From NCBI GenBank assembly GCA_963784935.1, contig CAWATD010000002.1, positions 330,131-394,130 of the forward strand: a stretch of 64,000 nucleotides of DNA. The letters run 5' to 3'. Shown here in pieces: positions 44,846-54,786 of this stretch. The notes under the pieces are model-generated. The model was not told the origin of the DNA. It worked only from the letters and a program-made list of their open reading frames with translations, and searched no databases. A program made the translations under genes and the position numbers. Numbering within the stretch: the stretch's first letter is position 1; each line of letters opens with the position of its first letter. The DNA comes from an uncultured Acidobacteriota bacterium. Lineage in GTDB: Bacteria; Acidobacteriota; Thermoanaerobaculia; UBA5066; Gp7-AA6.

Positions 44846-45252
44846 CAAGCCCCCTTCTTCTTCTGGAGCTTCTCGTAATCCTCGATCCGCTTCTTGAACT
44901 CGTCCACGAGATCGTTCGGAATCGGGACCGAGAGGTTGTACTGAGCGATCTTCCAGCCGGAAGTCGTGGCGACGAGGACGCCCGAGCCCCGGCACGGGCC
45001 CATGTTCGGCGTGTCGAGCGCCTCGTCGAACCAGGCGACGGTGTGATCCGGCGCGAACGTGATCCAGCGCGACACCGACTTGAAGCTCCAGGCCTTGCCC
45101 TTCGCGAAGTACGGGTGGGCCCACTTGCGGAACTCGTCGCGCGTCCAGCGCTCGGTGGCGTCGGTGCCGAGGAAGACGGCGTCCGGCGTGAAGTAGGAGA
45201 AGTACTTCTCCTCGTCCGCCGCCGCCGCGGCCGCGTGCCAACCGTCGAGCAC
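44845..45252 (-). CDS. NTF2-like/SnoaL-like (DUF4440-type) protein
   Basis: LDGWHAAAAAADEEKYFSYFTPDAVFLGTDATERWTRDEFRKWAHPYF... GTG start. The stop overlaps the amidohydrolase ATG (TGATG). Confidence 0.65.
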   Translation of the reverse strand: MLDGWHAAAAAADEEKYFSYFTPDAVFLGTDATERWTRDEFRKWAHPYFAKGKAWSFKSVSRWITFAPDHTVAWFDEALDTPNMGPCRGSGVLVATTSGWKIAQYNLSVPIPNDLVDEFKKRIEDYEKLQKKKGA

Positions 45253-45417
45253 GCCGCCGATCGCGCCCGAGGCAAAGATGCCGTCGGCGGACGGGCCGAG
45301 GCGGCCCGAGGGCAGAGGCCCTCAAAGTGCGAGACCGGCAGTCACTCCCAGAAGTGCCCCAGCCGGGCTTGCCCGACTCACGATCTCCTCGACCTCGCGC
45401 AAACGGGGACTCGGAGA

Positions 45418-45989
45418 TTAGACCACGGCTCCGGATCGTGCTCCCGAAAAGGCTGCGTCTCGGTTCCCGCGATCAGGTCGCCTGACCCGGCGCCGGATGC
45501 CGCGCAGCAGCCCCGTCCGGATCGCGCCGGAGAAGGGGGCAATAGGGCCCATAGAGTCGGAACTTGCGGCGGGCGGACGGCCCGAAACATTGACGCGGTT
45601 CGGTCGTCAGCAGGGACTTCGCGGGCCGGTCGCGACGACCCTCAGGTTCCACGCCGTCTTGACGCAGCCGTCTCTGGCGAAGGCACGAAATCCCGGGCCG
45701 CGAGCGCTCCAGCCCCCCGTCGAACCGCCAGAAGCGGCCGGCGAGGCCGAAGACGAGCTCTTCGCCGGGGACCTCGGCGAGCTTCGTGAAGCCGAAGCGC
45801 TGGAGGCGGTCGGCATCGTCCCGCCCGCTTGCCATGGCGGGCGCGCAGGCCGTAACCGCGAGGGCGAGCAGCAGCTTCGAGGTCGTGGAGCCGGCGAGGT
45901 CGTGGGCGAGAAGCGCCTCCCACGCGCTCTCGCGAGACGGCGATCTCGATCTCGTGGTGCGAGGAGACGTCGAACTCGGGCAGCTCCAC
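45418..45989 (-). pseudogene. SRPBCC-like gene remnant with about four frameshifts
   Basis: Consecutive protein-like segments jump frames: ELPEFDVSSHHEIEIAVSRER | WEALLAHDL...EELVFGLAGRFWRFDGG | ARGPGFRAFARDGCVKTAWNLRVVA | SLLTTEPRQCFGPSARRKFRLYGP | IAPFSGAIRTGLLRGIRRRV. Confidence 0.6.
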
Positions 45990-46006
45990 GTCGAGCGCCG
46001 AGGCGG

Positions 46007-47451
46007 CTACGAGGCCTCCAGGGCCTCGGCGGGCGGACCGCGAGTCTCGGCGCGTGGCCTCGTGCTCCTTCAGGTACGCCTGGGCCTTCATCATCCGCTG
46101 CGTGCGCAGGAGGACGCGCGTCAGGTACGGGATCTGCGAGGGCTTGACCTGGCGCATCCAGTCGATCCAGCGCTTCTCGCCCGAGGTATTGAGGATCGAA
46201 CGCCGCCAGGTCTCGGCGTAGAGCTCGAAGAAGCGCTTGGCCCCGAGGCGCGGCTCCCAGAGCACGTGGTGCATGTCGTACTTGAACCAGGGCTGGCCCT
46301 CGAGGGCCGGCGCGAGCTTCTGGAAGAGCTCCGTGCCGGGCAGCGGTGTCAGGATCGTGTAGCCGGCGCGCTGGAAGCCGTGCGTCGCGACGAAGTCCCA
46401 GAGCTCCTGGAAGTGCGACTCGTCCCAGTCGGGGTCCACGAGGAAGTTGCCGGTCACGCCGTAGCCCATCGAGCGCGAGAGCCTCGCGGCCTCGACCGAC
46501 GAGGACACCGAGGCGTCCTTCGTCACGCTGGCGAGCCCGGCGTCCGAGGCGGCCTCGAGGCCGAAGAAGATGTCGAAGTCCTTCGCGAGGGGACGCCACG
46601 CCTCGAGCAGCTCCGCGTGGCGGCAGACGAGATCCGCGCGGGTCTGGACGAGGATCCAGCGCTTCTTGACGCCGCGGCGCTTCAACGCCGCCGCGAGCTC
46701 GAGGCTGCGGTCGGGATGGTTCCAGAAGAGGTCGTCCGCGATGAAGACGGCGTCGCCCACCGCGGCGAGGTCGTCCACCACGGCCCCGATCGAGCGCTCG
46801 CGGAAGGCTCGCCCGTAGAGCTGCCACACCGAGCAGAAGCTGCAGCGGAAGGGGCAGCCGCGCGCCGTCTCGACGAGCCAGACGGGCTTGAAGAGCAGGC
46901 AGTGATAGCGGTTGCGGTCCCGCTCGACGAGGTCGCGGGCGGGCCTCGGCACGCGGTCGAGGCTCGTGCGCTCCGCGAGCGGCGGCGTGGAGATCCAGCC
47001 GTCGGGCGACCGCAGATGCAGCGCCGGGACCTCGGCCAGCGGACGGCCCGCCGCGAGCGCGTCCGCCACGGCCGGCACGACCTCCTCGCCGTCGTCCACG
47101 CAGATCGCATCGATCTCCGGGACCTGGAGGGGCCCGGGGAACGCGGCCGCCGCGTGGCCGCCGACGAGGATCACGGCCTCGGGCGCCGCGCGCCGGACGC
47201 GCCGGGCCGTCTCGATGACGCGGTCGTACTCGAGGGCGTGCATGCACGAGATCCCGACGAGGCCCGGGCGCGATGCGGCGCACCGATCCGGACAGGCTTG
47301 CGCCGAAGCGCAGGTCCAGGATCGCGGGCTCGTGCCCGCGGCCGCGCAGCGCCGAGGCGACGTACTCGAGCCCGAGCGGCTCGACGCGGAAAAAGGGCCC
47401 CAGCCCGAACCGCTCGTTGCCCGGATCGGGGCGGATCAGCAATACGTTCAT
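46007..47451 (-). pseudogene. B12-binding-domain radical SAM protein with a frameshift near codon 62 and no clean stop
   Basis: MNVLLIRPDPGNERFGLGPFFRVEPLGLEYVASALRGRGHEPAILDLRF... is in the frame of 47451. It continues as LVGISCMHALEYDRV...ARGCPFRCSFCSVW... in the frame of 47243, with the junction at about 47258-47270. The 3' boundary is uncertain. Confidence 0.7.
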
Positions 47452-47486
47452 CGTGTGCAGCCCGGATTGTAGACTTGGACCCCTGC

Positions 47487-48437
47487 ATGGGAGAAATCGA
47501 GGCAGCCAACGGCGTTTCCGGCGGCCCTCCGGCGCGGCGAGGCCGCAAGAAGTGGGTCACCCACGGCCTGTCGAACCGGATCGTCTACGGCGGGCTCCAT
47601 TACGGCGCCCACTGGCTGCCGATGGCCGTCTTGAACGCCATCAACCTCGTCGGCAACGGCCTCGCAGTGACCTTCCTCACGCGCACCAAGGCGGGGATCC
47701 GCGACAACTTCCGCACCGCCCTCGGCGTGCCCGAGGCCGAGGCCGAGAGCCTCGCGCGCATGCAGTTCTTCGAGTATGGCCGCCACACGATCGACGTCTG
47801 GCGCCTGCGCAGCGAGGCCTTCGTGCCGCGCATCACGACCTTCGAAGGGGACGCGCGCGTCCTCACCGCAAGCCGCCGCGGCGGGCGCGGATTTCTCCTC
47901 GTCACGGGCCACGTCGGGAACTGGGAGATGGGCGCCGTGACGCTGCGCGACCACAGCCTCGTGCCGGCGGTCGTGGGCCAGGCCGAGCTCGACCCGAACG
48001 TGCAGGAGATGCGCCAGCAGCTGCGGGGGCGCCTCGGCGTCGAGTCGATCGACATCGGCTCCTCGATGGCGACGGCCTTCAAGGTCCGCGGGGCGGTGGA
48101 GCGCGGGCGGGCCGTCGCCCTGCTCGTCGACCGGGCCTACCCGGAAGACCGCGTCATCGTGCCGTTCTTCGGAAGGGCCACGCCGTTCCTGCGCTCGCCG
48201 GCGCTGCTCGCGCGGTTCTGCGGCTGCGACATCCTGCCGGGGTTCTTCCTGCGCAACGCCGACGGGTCCTACTTCAACGTCTGGGGCGAACCGCTCTCGG
48301 CCGACGCGACGCTCTCGCCCGACGAGGACGCCGTGCGGATCATGACCCGCGTCGCCGCCGACCTCGAGGGCGTCGTCCGGCGCTACCCGACGCAGTGGTT
48401 CAATTTCTACAGGTTCTGGGACGTGCTCCGGAGCTAG
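47487..48437 (+). CDS. Lysophospholipid / lipid A (LpxL/HtrB-family) acyltransferase
   Basis: LLVTGHVGNWEMG (HX4E-type motif) and RAVALLVDRAYPEDRVIVPFFG. ATG 47487. The upstream 567 codons of the ORF track were rejected. Confidence 0.8.
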   Translation: MGEIEAANGVSGGPPARRGRKKWVTHGLSNRIVYGGLHYGAHWLPMAVLNAINLVGNGLAVTFLTRTKAGIRDNFRTALGVPEAEAESLARMQFFEYGRHTIDVWRLRSEAFVPRITTFEGDARVLTASRRGGRGFLLVTGHVGNWEMGAVTLRDHSLVPAVVGQAELDPNVQEMRQQLRGRLGVESIDIGSSMATAFKVRGAVERGRAVALLVDRAYPEDRVIVPFFGRATPFLRSPALLARFCGCDILPGFFLRNADGSYFNVWGEPLSADATLSPDEDAVRIMTRVAADLEGVVRRYPTQWFNFYRFWDVLRS

Positions 48438-48551
48438 CGCTGCGCTCGGGATCTGGCTTCGCCACCGGCGGCCGGCTCGGCCAAAGGGCCTCGACCGGCC
48501 GCCTGATCCCGTGCTCACGCCAGCTCCCGCGGCGCGCGCCTCCTCCCTCGG

Positions 48552-49859
48552 TTACTTCGGGAGACTTCGCGCGCCGCGAGCGGAAGGGGATTCCGACCGC
48601 GGCGAGGAGCCCGTTGGACGCTGCCACTTGCCGTAGACGTAGTTGCCGCAGCAGCGCGCGCAGATGGGCAGCGGTTCCTTCGCGAGCTTCGCGCGGAACT
48701 TCTGCGCCTTCTCGCCTGTCCAGATCTCCCGGAAAGACTGCCTGCGGACATTGCCGATGAAGTAGTCGGGAAAGTCGCCGCAGAAGGTCACCTCGCCGTC
48801 CGGCTCGACCTGCGCGAAGTACCAGGCCACCGGGCACAGGTTGTGGCCGAAGGTCTGCGCGAAGTCGGAGAAGTACTCGGGCACCTTCTCTGCGGGAACG
48901 TCGGGGACGAAGGACGTCCAGGGCCGGCCGAACGTCGAATCCAGAAACCGGCGGCGCCTCAAGCCCTTGAGGAGCTTCACGAGCTCCGTCATCTGTTGCC
49001 CCCTCGTCGCTCCGACGGATTTCCAATCGAATTCGAAGCCCTTCCAGGACGTCGCCGCGATGCCGAACTGCTCGCGCATGACGCGTTCGTAGTCCGCTCC
49101 CGCACTCTCGGGCACGAACCAGCGCAGCCCCACGTTGATCGTGTCGAGCGGAAGCCGGCGCAGCGCCTCGACCGCCGGCGCGATCGCGTCCATGTTCAAC
49201 TCCGTGACCGGCAGGATCGCAATCTGCATCGGGAGCGCCCGCTTCAACTCCTTCTGCCAGCGCGCAACCGCGCGGATGCCGGCCGCCGCCTTCTCGAAGC
49301 TGTCGGCGCGGCCTCGGATCCGGTTGTGGACGTCGGGCGGCCCGTCGATCGAGATGGCGATCGAGTCGATGCCGACCTCGACGAGCTCGCGGGCGAGCGC
49401 CTCGAGCCTCCCGCCGTTCGTGATCACCGTGCAGGTCAGGCCGCGCGCCTTGACCTCGCGGATCAGCGGGACGATGTCGGGATAGAGAAACGGCTCGCCG
49501 CCGAACAGGCTGATGATGGGGCGCGAGGGCGCGAGCTCGTCGAGCAGGCGCACGTAGTCGGAGAGCGCGAGCTGGCGCTTTGCGCCGATCAGCTCCTGGA
49601 TCCGCTCCCGCTCGAGGGCGCCGTCGGTCGCGTCCGCGCCCGACTGGGACCGGTAGATGCCCGTATCGCCCCACTGCCCGCACATCTTGCAGCGCAGGTT
49701 GCAGAGGTTCGTGACCCGCAGCTGCACGAACGTCGGCATCGGCAGGTTTTCGGCGCGCGGGTCCGCGAGGTGCCCCATCACGGCGCGCCGCCCTTCGCCC
49801 ATGCGACCGAGGTGGCGCCGGGCGAAGCCCGCGAGCTGCAACCCGCGGCGAAAGCTCAT
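48552..49859 (-). CDS. Radical SAM protein with C-terminal SPASM/twitch-like Cys cluster
   Basis: VQLRVTNLCNLRCKMCGQWG (CxxxCxxC). The C-terminus is CPVAWYFAQVEPDGEVTFCGDF...PLPICARCCG. The start lies 2 nt after the M64 stop. Confidence 0.85.
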   Translation of the reverse strand: MSFRRGLQLAGFARRHLGRMGEGRRAVMGHLADPRAENLPMPTFVQLRVTNLCNLRCKMCGQWGDTGIYRSQSGADATDGALERERIQELIGAKRQLALSDYVRLLDELAPSRPIISLFGGEPFLYPDIVPLIREVKARGLTCTVITNGGRLEALARELVEVGIDSIAISIDGPPDVHNRIRGRADSFEKAAAGIRAVARWQKELKRALPMQIAILPVTELNMDAIAPAVEALRRLPLDTINVGLRWFVPESAGADYERVMREQFGIAATSWKGFEFDWKSVGATRGQQMTELVKLLKGLRRRRFLDSTFGRPWTSFVPDVPAEKVPEYFSDFAQTFGHNLCPVAWYFAQVEPDGEVTFCGDFPDYFIGNVRRQSFREIWTGEKAQKFRAKLAKEPLPICARCCGNYVYGKWQRPTGSSPRSESPSARGARSLPK

Positions 49860-49861
49860 CG

Positions 49862-51271
49862 CTAGCGGCTGTAGAGGTCGATGACGGCAGAGAGTGCGCG
49901 CCGGCATACCGCGCAGAAGGGGACCTCGTCGCGCGTGAACATGATGCAGTCCTCCTGGGGTCGGTAGTAGCCCTTCGCCTCGTACATCGCCCCCTCGAAC
50001 GCGCCGACCCTGCCCGAGAAGGCGTCGGTGCCGAGCAGCTTCGTCTCGAAGACCTGCTCCTCGCGGAAGAGCACGTCGATCTCCTCCTCGGGGCGGTTCT
50101 CGGCGCGGAGTTTCCGGCGCTTCTCCTGGGCTTCGCGCGAGGCCCTCTCGAACTCCTCCTTCTTCCAGGGCGTCGGGACCGGCGTGCCCGCCAGGACGAG
50201 GTCCTTCCACTTGAGGTCCTTCGGATCGGAGAGCGCCGTCGCGTTCGGCTCCCAGGGCTCCACCCGGTTGGCCGGCGCGGGCCCGTATGCCACCGCCGAC
50301 GTGAAGTACTCGTCGGCGAGCCCGGCGAAGTGGTGGCCGAACTCGTGCACGAAGACGTACGGCGCCCAGAGGCTGTCGGCCGCGACCGTCGAGTACTGCC
50401 CGAAAATCCCGCCGCCGCCGTAGGTACGCGAGTTCGTGAGGATCTCGACGAAGTCGTAGGGAGCGAAGGACGCCACGTCGCGAAACGACCGGTTCTCGAA
50501 GGTGAGCACGTACCGCTCCGACCCGAACGCGTCGTACGTCGCGCCGATGCGGGACCTGCGGTGGACGCCGGTCGAGGGCCGGGAAATGCCGGACTGCTCC
50601 GCGGGCGGGCAGAGCGCCCAGACGTTGAAGTCGCTGCGGCGCTCCTTGAAGGGAGAGACGGCGAAGAGAAGCTCCGTCAGGCGCCGGGCATCCTTCTCGA
50701 ACTTGCCGCGCTCGGCCGCCGTGTAGCCGTCGCCGAGGATCAGGAAGTCCACCTTGTCGGCGGAGTCCCCCGATTTCTGGATCTCGAGCAGCGCGCCGGG
50801 CGAGGGCGGCGCGGAACCGTCGATGAACGTGTCCTTCGGGTCGAGGTTGAACGTCCAGGCTTCCCGGAAGGCGTTGCCGGCGTCTCGCTTCTTCAGGACG
50901 ATCTGGACCGGCCGGTCGGGGGCCGGAAAGCGCAGGGACTCGGAGAATGTCCGGCGCGCATCCTTCGCTTCGTCCGTGGTTTCCCACTCGCCGTAGACGG
51001 AGGCGAAGCCGCGCGAGTAGAGGACGCGGTTCGTCTGCCGGTCGATCACCTCGAAGAAGTACTTGCCGAGGTTCGTGTCGTCGAGCGGCCGCCTCGGGTT
51101 GCCCGGCCAGGGCAGGGGCTCGAGCACCACGCGGTCGAGGCTGAACACCTCCCCCGCGGCGTTGCCCGTGTGGAAGTAATCAACCCGCATGGTGCGGGGA
51201 GTTGCCGCGCGGGCCGCCGCGGCGAAACCCAGGCTCAGGCCAAGAATCGCCCCGATTGGAATTGCTCTCAT
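49862..51271 (-). CDS. Secreted M64-family (IgA-peptidase-like) zinc metallopeptidase
   Basis: Signal peptide MRAIPIGAILGLSLGFAAAARA. YVFVHEFGHHFAGLADEY (HExxH). The C-terminus is EDCIMFTRDEVPFCAVCRRAL. Confidence 0.85.
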   Translation of the reverse strand: MRAIPIGAILGLSLGFAAAARAATPRTMRVDYFHTGNAAGEVFSLDRVVLEPLPWPGNPRRPLDDTNLGKYFFEVIDRQTNRVLYSRGFASVYGEWETTDEAKDARRTFSESLRFPAPDRPVQIVLKKRDAGNAFREAWTFNLDPKDTFIDGSAPPSPGALLEIQKSGDSADKVDFLILGDGYTAAERGKFEKDARRLTELLFAVSPFKERRSDFNVWALCPPAEQSGISRPSTGVHRRSRIGATYDAFGSERYVLTFENRSFRDVASFAPYDFVEILTNSRTYGGGGIFGQYSTVAADSLWAPYVFVHEFGHHFAGLADEYFTSAVAYGPAPANRVEPWEPNATALSDPKDLKWKDLVLAGTPVPTPWKKEEFERASREAQEKRRKLRAENRPEEEIDVLFREEQVFETKLLGTDAFSGRVGAFEGAMYEAKGYYRPQEDCIMFTRDEVPFCAVCRRALSAVIDLYSR

Positions 51272-51317
51272 GAAGCCGTATCCTAGCGCTCTCCGGCGAC
51301 CGTAAGGAGGACAGTTC

Positions 51318-52265
51318 ATGATCCACGAAAGCATCCTCGGCACGATCGGCAACACGCCCGTCGTCAAGATCAACCGCCTCGCGCCTGCGGGCGTGACGAT
51401 GTACGTCAAGTGCGAGGCATTCAATCCTCTCTCCTCGGTGAAGGACCGTCTCGCGATCGCGATCATCGAGGACGGCGAGCGGCGCGGGACTTTGAAGCCC
51501 GGCCAGACCGTCATCGAGGCGACCTCGGGCAACACCGGCATCGCCCTCGCGATGGTGTGCGCCGTCAAGGGCTACCCCTTCGTCGCGCTGATGTCCGACA
51601 GCTTCTCGATCGAGCGCCGCAAGCTGATGCGCGCCCTCGGGGCAAAGGTCGTGCTCGTCCCCGCCGCCGAGCGCGCCACCGGCATGGTCAAGAAGGCCGA
51701 AGAGCTCGCGGCCAAGAACGGCTGGTTCCTGGCGCGGCAGTTCGAGAACCCCGCCAACCCCGAGTACCACCGAAACACGACCGGCCCCGAGATCCTGCTC
51801 GACTTCGCGGGCAAGCGCCTCGACTACTGGGTCACCGGGTACGGCACCGGCGGCACTCTGACCGGGGCTGGCGAGATGATCAAGACAGCGCGCCCCGACG
51901 TGAAGATCGTCGTCACCGAGCCGGAAGGGGCGGCTCTGCTCTCGGGACAGGAGTGGAAGCCGCACAAGATCCAGGGCTGGACGCCCAACTTCATTCCGGC
52001 CGTCCTCGACCGCAGCGTGTACGACGAGATCGTGCTCGTCGGCGACCTCGAATCGCGCGACGCCGCGCGCGACCTCGCCACGAAGGAGGGCATCTTCTGC
52101 GGCCTCTCCTCGGGCGGCACGTTCGCGGCCGCGAAAAAGGTCGCCGCGAAGGCCCCGAAGGGCTCCGTCATCCTGGCGATGCTGCCGGACACCGGCGAGC
52201 GGTACCTGTCGACGATTCTGTTCGAGGGAATCAACGAGGGAACCGACGAGGTGCCGGGGCTCTGA
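51318..52265 (+). CDS. cysK: Cysteine synthase A (O-acetylserine sulfhydrylase)
   Basis: GNTPVVKINRL...NPLSSVKDRLA...EATSGNTGIALA...GTGGTLTG. RBS AAGGAGG. Confidence 0.95.
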   Translation: MIHESILGTIGNTPVVKINRLAPAGVTMYVKCEAFNPLSSVKDRLAIAIIEDGERRGTLKPGQTVIEATSGNTGIALAMVCAVKGYPFVALMSDSFSIERRKLMRALGAKVVLVPAAERATGMVKKAEELAAKNGWFLARQFENPANPEYHRNTTGPEILLDFAGKRLDYWVTGYGTGGTLTGAGEMIKTARPDVKIVVTEPEGAALLSGQEWKPHKIQGWTPNFIPAVLDRSVYDEIVLVGDLESRDAARDLATKEGIFCGLSSGGTFAAAKKVAAKAPKGSVILAMLPDTGERYLSTILFEGINEGTDEVPGL

Positions 52266-52832
52266 CTACTTGAGCCGCTTGACGTCCTTCAGCGTCCCCG
52301 GGTCGTGTTCGAACTGTTCGGCGCGGATGTGGCCGTCCTCGTCCACGTAGAGCGCGGCCTTCGTGAAAATGCGGCCCTCGCCTTTGCCGAATCCGGGAAC
52401 GTCGAACACGATGATCGTGAAGGGGAAGTCGACCGACGGCCGCCCCTCCTGCGCTTCCTCGTAGCTCATCGTGCGGGCGGTGACGACGCTGTAGCGCTCG
52501 CCGTCCTTCGTCTTTTCGGCAACGACCAGGTCGATCGGGTATTCGAACGCCCCGAGCCGGATCCGCCCGCGCCCCGAGCCTCGAATCGTGTTCAGCAGCA
52601 CCTGCTGGCCGCCCTCCTCGAGGACGCGTCGGAAGAACTGGGCCTGCTCGAGGCTCAACGGGTTCGTGATGACCACGTCGAAGCCCATGCTGCGGGTCCC
52701 CTCCTTCGAGGTGACGGTCGCAGTCGCCTTGAACTCGCCTCCCTTCGGCAGGTCATCGGCCGCAGCGAGGCGCACGGCGGCAACCGCAAGCAGGACGGCG
52801 ACCGGGATCCTCCGGATGGCCGGAAAGGTCAT
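52266..52832 (-). CDS. Secreted hypothetical protein
   Basis: Signal-like [29 protein letters not shown] overlap with the upstream acyl-CoA dehydrogenase stop. Confidence 0.6.
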   Translation of the reverse strand: MTFPAIRRIPVAVLLAVAAVRLAAADDLPKGGEFKATATVTSKEGTRSMGFDVVITNPLSLEQAQFFRRVLEEGGQQVLLNTIRGSGRGRIRLGAFEYPIDLVVAEKTKDGERYSVVTARTMSYEEAQEGRPSVDFPFTIIVFDVPGFGKGEGRIFTKAALYVDEDGHIRAEQFEHDPGTLKDVKRLK

Positions 52833-54721
52833 CGCAGGGCCGCCGCCGGTTCGCAAGGCACTCCCTCGGCCGCGAGCTCCGCCGCCATCGCCATCGGCGT
52901 CATGCCGCGCTCGAGCCAGAGGTGCTCCCCGTCGAGCAGGCGCCGCGCCGTCCGGTATTTTGCGACGTCATCGTTGCCGCGCATGGCACGGAAGTGGGCG
53001 GCGATGCGGCGGCGCAGGGTCCGGCAGAAAATGTCCGCGAGCTCGGCCGCCTGCGGCGCCTCGGCCGCCCCGGCGCGCGAGAGCTGGTTCGCGCGCGAGA
53101 GCGTCGCCGCCATGGCGAAGAGGTCCGCGCCGACGTCCACCGTGCGGAAGAGCAGGGCCTGCCGCTTCTCGAGCTTCGGCCCGTGCCGGAGCATCAAGTG
53201 GAACATCGCCCGCGCCAGCCGCCGCGTGGTGCGGTCCACGTAGCGGACGTGGCCGGCGAGCCGACCGAACTCGGCAAAGCGCGGCCAGCGGCCCCACCCG
53301 AACCAGCGCGAGGGATACCACCAGGAATAGTGCGCCGCCATCCGCGGCAACGCGGCCAGCCGCTTTCCGAGCGGGACCTTCGGGTCCGCAAACGCGCCCG
53401 CGACCCCGAGGTGCCGGTCCACGGCCTCGCGCGCGATGAAGAGCCGCATGACCTCCGAGGAGCCCTCGAAAATGAGGTTGATCCGGAAGTCGCGCATCAT
53501 GCGCTCGACCGGAATCGGCGCCTCGCCCCGCGCGCGCAGCGAGTCCGCCGTCTCGTAGCCGCGGCCGCCGCGGATCTGCATCGTTCGGTCGATGATCTTC
53601 CAGCCCTCTTCCGAGCTCCACATCTTGGCCACGGCCGCCTCGAGGCGGATGTCGCGATCGCCCATGTCGGCCATCGAGGAGGCGAGGTCCGTCACCGCGT
53701 CCATGGCGAACGTCGTCGCCGCCATCTCGGCGAGCAGCTGCGCGATCGCGTCGTGTTGGCCGACGGGCAAGCCCCACTGCACGCGCTCATTGCCCCAGGT
53801 GCGGCAGATCTCGAGGCATCGCTTGCCGAGCGCCGCGCAGGAAGCCGGCAGCGTCAGGCGGCCGGTGTTCAGCGTGATCAGGGCGAGCTTCAGGCCCTTG
53901 CCCTCGCCCCAGAGGAGGTTCTCCCTGGGCACGCGCACGCCGTGGAAGCGGAGGATTCCGTTCTCGATCGCCTTCAGGCCCATGAAGTGGCAGCGCTCGC
54001 CGATCTCGACGCCCGGCCACGCCTTCTCGACGATGAAGGCCGAGATCTTCTTCGTGTCCGGGTGCCGCGCCATGACGACGAAGAGGCTCGCGACCGTGCC
54101 GTTCGTGCACCAGAGCTTCTCGCCGTCCAGGATGTAGTCGCCCTCGGGCGTTCGCCGGACCGTCGTCGCGAGGTTGGCTGGGTCCGATCCGACGTTCGGC
54201 TCCGTGAGCGCGAACGCGGAGATCTCGCCCCGGGCCAGCCGCGGCAGGTACTTCTTCTTCTGTTCCTTCGTGCCGAAGAGCTTCAAGGGCTGCGGCACGC
54301 CGATCGACTGGTGCGCCGACAGCAGCACGATCAGGTTCGCGTCGCGGCTCGTGATGAGCTTCAAGGCATCGCCGTACTCGCGCTGCGTCAAGCCCAGGCC
54401 GCCGTACTCCTTCGGGATCTTCATGCCGAACGCCCCGAGGTCCGCGAGGCCGGAGACGACGGAAGGCGGGATCTTCCCGTCGCGGTCGATCGCGTCGGAG
54501 TCCACCCGGTCCACGAGGAAGCGCTCGAGCCTCGCCATGAAGTCGCGGAACTCCGGCCGCTCGGGGGCAGGCTCCGGGAAAGGATGGACGAGGTCGAGGC
54601 GGAAGTTGCCGAGGAAAATCTGCTTCAGGAAGGACGGCGCCGTCCACTCGGTCTCGCGTGCCTCTTCGGCGACGCGGCGCGCTTCGGTGACGCTGACCGG
54701 CTTTCCGTTCGGATCGGCCAT
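52829..54721 (-). CDS. Long-form acyl-CoA dehydrogenase (FadE-like)
   Basis: 630 aa. [23 protein letters not shown] and GGRGYETA motifs. Confidence 0.9.
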   Translation of the reverse strand: MADPNGKPVSVTEARRVAEEARETEWTAPSFLKQIFLGNFRLDLVHPFPEPAPERPEFRDFMARLERFLVDRVDSDAIDRDGKIPPSVVSGLADLGAFGMKIPKEYGGLGLTQREYGDALKLITSRDANLIVLLSAHQSIGVPQPLKLFGTKEQKKKYLPRLARGEISAFALTEPNVGSDPANLATTVRRTPEGDYILDGEKLWCTNGTVASLFVVMARHPDTKKISAFIVEKAWPGVEIGERCHFMGLKAIENGILRFHGVRVPRENLLWGEGKGLKLALITLNTGRLTLPASCAALGKRCLEICRTWGNERVQWGLPVGQHDAIAQLLAEMAATTFAMDAVTDLASSMADMGDRDIRLEAAVAKMWSSEEGWKIIDRTMQIRGGRGYETADSLRARGEAPIPVERMMRDFRINLIFEGSSEVMRLFIAREAVDRHLGVAGAFADPKVPLGKRLAALPRMAAHYSWWYPSRWFGWGRWPRFAEFGRLAGHVRYVDRTTRRLARAMFHLMLRHGPKLEKRQALLFRTVDVGADLFAMAATLSRANQLSRAGAAEAPQAAELADIFCRTLRRRIAAHFRAMRGNDDVAKYRTARRLLDGEHLWLERGMTPMAMAAELAAEGVPCEPAAALR

Positions 54722-54786
54722 GGGCTGCGGATTTTACAGCAGGACCAACCCTCCGCCGGACGGCGTCTATAGTTGACCCGGGCCGA

